A stretch of 64,000 bases of DNA from Candidatus Woesearchaeota archaeon (GTDB lineage Archaea; Nanobdellota; Nanobdellia; Pacearchaeales; GW2011-AR1). The notes below the pieces were generated by a model that saw only the letters and a list, made by a program, of their open reading frames with translations, was not told the origin of the DNA and did not search any database. The DNA lies in contig CAZRMJ010000003.1 in the NCBI GenBank assembly GCA_964601175.1, positions 27 to 64,026 on the forward strand. Direction: 5' to 3'. The position numbers and the translations under genes were made by a program. Every line of letters starts with the position of its first letter. The first letter of the stretch is position 1. This document shows positions 63,248-64,000 of this stretch, in pieces.

Positions 63248-63928
63248 TCAAGAAGTAGCTTCAGCAGCACTTTCTCCTATAGCAGTTACCAATCTTTCAG
63301 TTTTTTGAACAGAGTTCATAAGATCTTCATATTTTTTATTTTCTTTCCTTTTTTTCAACCAATCTGCAATAGATTTATGTACAAGCATCCAAACAACATA
63401 TAATCCTATCAAAAAGATAAAAAATACAGATCTCCAAAGAATAGACGTTTTATAAAAAACTAAAGCAACAGACCATTTTCCAATATATTCAAAAAAATTA
63501 ATTTGTGCAAGAAGAATAACGCCTATAAAAGAATAAAGTAATCCTATGTTGAATTTACCAATTGAAGAAAAATATTTCAAAATGGAAAAAAAGGTAAATA
63601 TCCAAAATAAAAATGCAAAAAGCATATTAAATGAAAGGCTCCAATCCATTCCAAACAGTATAACAAACAATAAGTTTATTTTAGTAAAAAAAGAATCAAC
63701 TCCTGCAATCAATTTATTTTTAAGCAAAATTTCTTTCCATTGTGATCCTATATTCTGCCAATAGTCTTCTTGAGTAAATCCTCTTGCCTTGTCAACACTT
63801 TCTTGCAAATTTTTAGCAGAATCCTCTATATTTTTTTGATTTTGTTCAAGAGTAGAAGACTGACCATAAACCCCTCCAATAAGCATAGAAAAAACTAATA
63901 AAATAAAGAAAATCTTATAGCGTTTCAT
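63248..63928 (-). CDS. Signal-peptide-bearing membrane protein with charged tail (possibly the same family)
   Basis: Signal peptide ending GGVYGQ, 4 TM helices and the tail KKRKENKKYEDLMNSVQ. Confidence 0.55.
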   Translation of the reverse strand: MKRYKIFFILLVFSMLIGGVYGQSSTLEQNQKNIEDSAKNLQESVDKARGFTQEDYWQNIGSQWKEILLKNKLIAGVDSFFTKINLLFVILFGMDWSLSFNMLFAFLFWIFTFFSILKYFSSIGKFNIGLLYSFIGVILLAQINFFEYIGKWSVALVFYKTSILWRSVFFIFLIGLYVVWMLVHKSIADWLKKRKENKKYEDLMNSVQKTERLVTAIGESAAEATS

Positions 63929-64000
63929 AAAATGACAAAGAACCAGCCATTTATATAACTTAATAATAAACTATTACTTAATGCTAGAATCAACTTCGTT

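Noticed and set aside
830-63764. About 45 ORF-track entries of 60-137 aa that lie antisense to, or out of frame within, the long genes. Examples are 830-1069, 1458-1670, 2594-2905, 5617-5880, 6159-6428, 9414-9659, 16190-16477, 20069-20263, 23010-23342, 28871-29284, 29370-29657, 31441-32273, 39644-39874, 50936-51160, 54322-54552, 57583-7930 region (57583-57930) and 62820-63074.
   Set aside because: They sit fully inside better-supported genes with recognisable motifs. Their composition is the low-complexity, L/F/S/I-rich shadow of AT-rich coding sequence. None has start-site signals.
58108-63928. Interpreting the HerA-like ATPase plus the membrane-protein array as a Ced/Ted or type-IV-secretion-like DNA transfer system.
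   Set aside because: The ATPase has no TM segment or VirB4-specific features that I can see. The genes are separated by a hydrolase and Trm5 and lie on different strands. This is kept only as a remark inside a finding.

Overview
This window is strongly AT-rich and tightly packed. Many genes overlap by 1-4 nt. Several ORF-track starts are TTG or GTG and resolve to a nearby in-frame ATG, often behind a GGAGG-like Shine-Dalgarno. The gene content is archaeal: aEF-2, stand-alone Kae1, eukaryote/archaeal-type IleRS, an Ogg2-type glycosylase, Trm5, tRNA-Asp(GUC), an intron-containing tRNA-Leu(UAA), and TTTATATA-type TATA boxes about 25-30 nt upstream of RNA or leaderless starts. A small-genome, DPANN-like host is an inference only. 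Housekeeping genes include a cyclophilin PPIase, ileS, a Glu/Leu/Phe/Val dehydrogenase, an M42 peptidase, GTPases, an ABC-2 exporter, VKOR, a cupredoxin, a Zur-ZIP pair, SOD and an ogg-ogt repair pair. Three cell-surface islands interrupt them. (i) 10.3-15.4 kb encodes a secreted protein coupled to an 1115-aa beta-helix plus HExxH zincin protein. (ii) 23.9-29.0 kb encodes six membrane-anchored or secreted Ig-like proteins. (iii) 35.2-51.7 kb is a minus-strand gene string with two ~2200-aa surface proteins, a class-III-signal-peptide pilin-like protein, Ig-like accessory proteins and a 70-aa winged-helix protein translationally coupled to one giant gene. Islands (ii) and (iii) share paralogous modules. 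The most unusual items are listed here. One giant carries about 30 tandem 20-residue 'NTRFSGLFRIN' repeats that I cannot assign to a known repeat family. A ~115-aa module is present three times in the giants. A double-hairpin element with compensatory stem changes occurs twice, flanking ileS. A propeptide-less, insertion-bearing proteasome-beta homologue lies next to a DUF3800 gene. A Schlafen/AlbA_2 domain is fused to a polytopic membrane domain. A HerA-like ATPase sits beside an alpha/beta hydrolase, close to a run of signal-peptide-bearing membrane proteins, at least two of which are paralogous. No rRNA, CRISPR array, transposase, integrase or reverse transcriptase was seen. All family assignments come from motif recognition by eye, not from searches.
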